DNA from: an uncultured Spirochaetota bacterium
GTDB lineage: Bacteria > Spirochaetota > Spirochaetia > SZUA-6 > Fen-1364
Length of the DNA: 64,000 nt
Assembly: GCA_963781885.1 (NCBI GenBank)
Contig: CAWAHW010000004.1
Coordinates: 608,001 to 672,000, forward strand
Direction of reading: 5' to 3'
This document shows positions 63,106 to 64,000 of this stretch, one piece after another (the stretch's first letter is position 1; every line of letters begins with the position of its first letter). Under the pieces are notes generated by a model. That model was not told where the DNA came from and ran no database searches. It saw nothing but the letters and a program-made list of their open reading frames with translations. The position numbers were made by a program, and so were the translations under genes.

Positions 63106-63122
63106 AGGAGACACGCCCGCCC

Positions 63123-64000
63123 ATGGGAAATATCACCACAGAGCGCGTCGACGCGCGCCTGGAAACCGAATTGCTGTCAAAGATGCTCCTCATCCGCCGC
63201 TTCGAGGAGAAGGCCGCGCAAATGTACGGCCTGAAGAAGATCGGCGGCTTCTGTCATCTCTACATCGGGCAGGAGGCCGCGGCGGTCGGCGCCATCGCCG
63301 CCATCGACCTTGCCCGCGACTACACGGTGGGCGCCTACCGCGACCACGGGTACGCCCTTGCCTGCGGCATGGAGCCGCGGGGCCTCATGGCGGAGCTCTT
63401 CGGCAAGGCGACGGGCGTGTCAAAAGGCAAGGGCGGATCGATGCACTTTTTCGACGCCGCCCGACACATGTTCGGCGGCAATGGCATCGTGGGCGCACAG
63501 ATCCCGGTGGCAACGGGCGTGGCCCTGAAATGCCGCTACCGCAAGGACGGCGGCGTGGTCCTGTGCTGGTTCGGCGACGGCGCCATCCACCAGGGCTCGT
63601 TCCACGAAAGCCTCAACATGGCGAAGATCTGGAATCTCCCCATCATCTACATCTGCGAAAACAACCAGTACGGCATGGGCACCGATTTCCGCCGGGTTTC
63701 CTCGGTGACGGACTTCGTCGTCATGGGGGCTTCCTACGGCATTCCCGGTCGGCAGGTCAACGGCATGGACGTCATGGACGTGTACCGCGACGTCGCGCGA
63801 AGCGGCAGCCCAGGCCCGCGCGCGAATCCACGCCCGTCTTCCTCGAGGTGAAAACCTACCGGTACCGCGGCCACTCCATGAGCGACCCGGCGAAGTACCG
63901 CACGCCCGAAGAGCTCGAATCGTACAAGAAGCAGGACCCCATCCTGATACTGAAGAAGCCATATGGAGGAGTCAGGCCTCCTCACGGAGGAGCAGTACGC
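63123..64000 (+). CDS. pdhA: Pyruvate dehydrogenase E1 alpha; frameshifted near 63795-63825 and ~63960; truncated by the window end
   Basis: GGFCHLYIGQEA, YRDHG, GGSMH, FGDGA...ENN; TYRYRGHSMSDP continues in another frame. Confidence 0.93.

Overview
A GC-rich bacterial chromosome segment, probably Spirochaetia (inferred from the 16S motif GGCGCGTTTTAAGCATGC, spirochaete-type lipoproteins and groEL with no adjacent groES). 1-12.5 kb is accessory: a B-repeat lipoprotein, BlaI plus a BlaR1/M56-DJ-1 fusion, a diguanylate cyclase, glf with a GT28 glycosyltransferase, a receiver protein and a three-gene protease cassette. That cassette is the best candidate for an undescribed system. It has a caspase/gingipain-like (clan CD) His-Cys protease, a stand-alone copy of that protease's own N-terminal domain and an M14 carboxypeptidase. 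12.7-27.4 kb is a defence island (Fic, type I R-M, Wadjet jetABCD, VapBC). It abuts a complete minus-strand rRNA operon (16S, tRNA-Ala, 23S, 5S). 33.5-64 kb is mostly core genes (pgsA, thrS, tkt, yajC-secDF, groEL, birA, zwf-opcA-pgl, trpB2, PPIase, pdhA), with a Thr T-box riboswitch, a Trp leader-peptide attenuator, many apparently leaderless genes and a dispersed GAAT-stem-NNTA-loop REP-like repeat family. Several single-base indels (blaR1 tail, hsdM/hsdS, possibly jetD, GT28, pdhA) look like long-read assembly errors. All calls are made by eye from motifs; no database searches were run.
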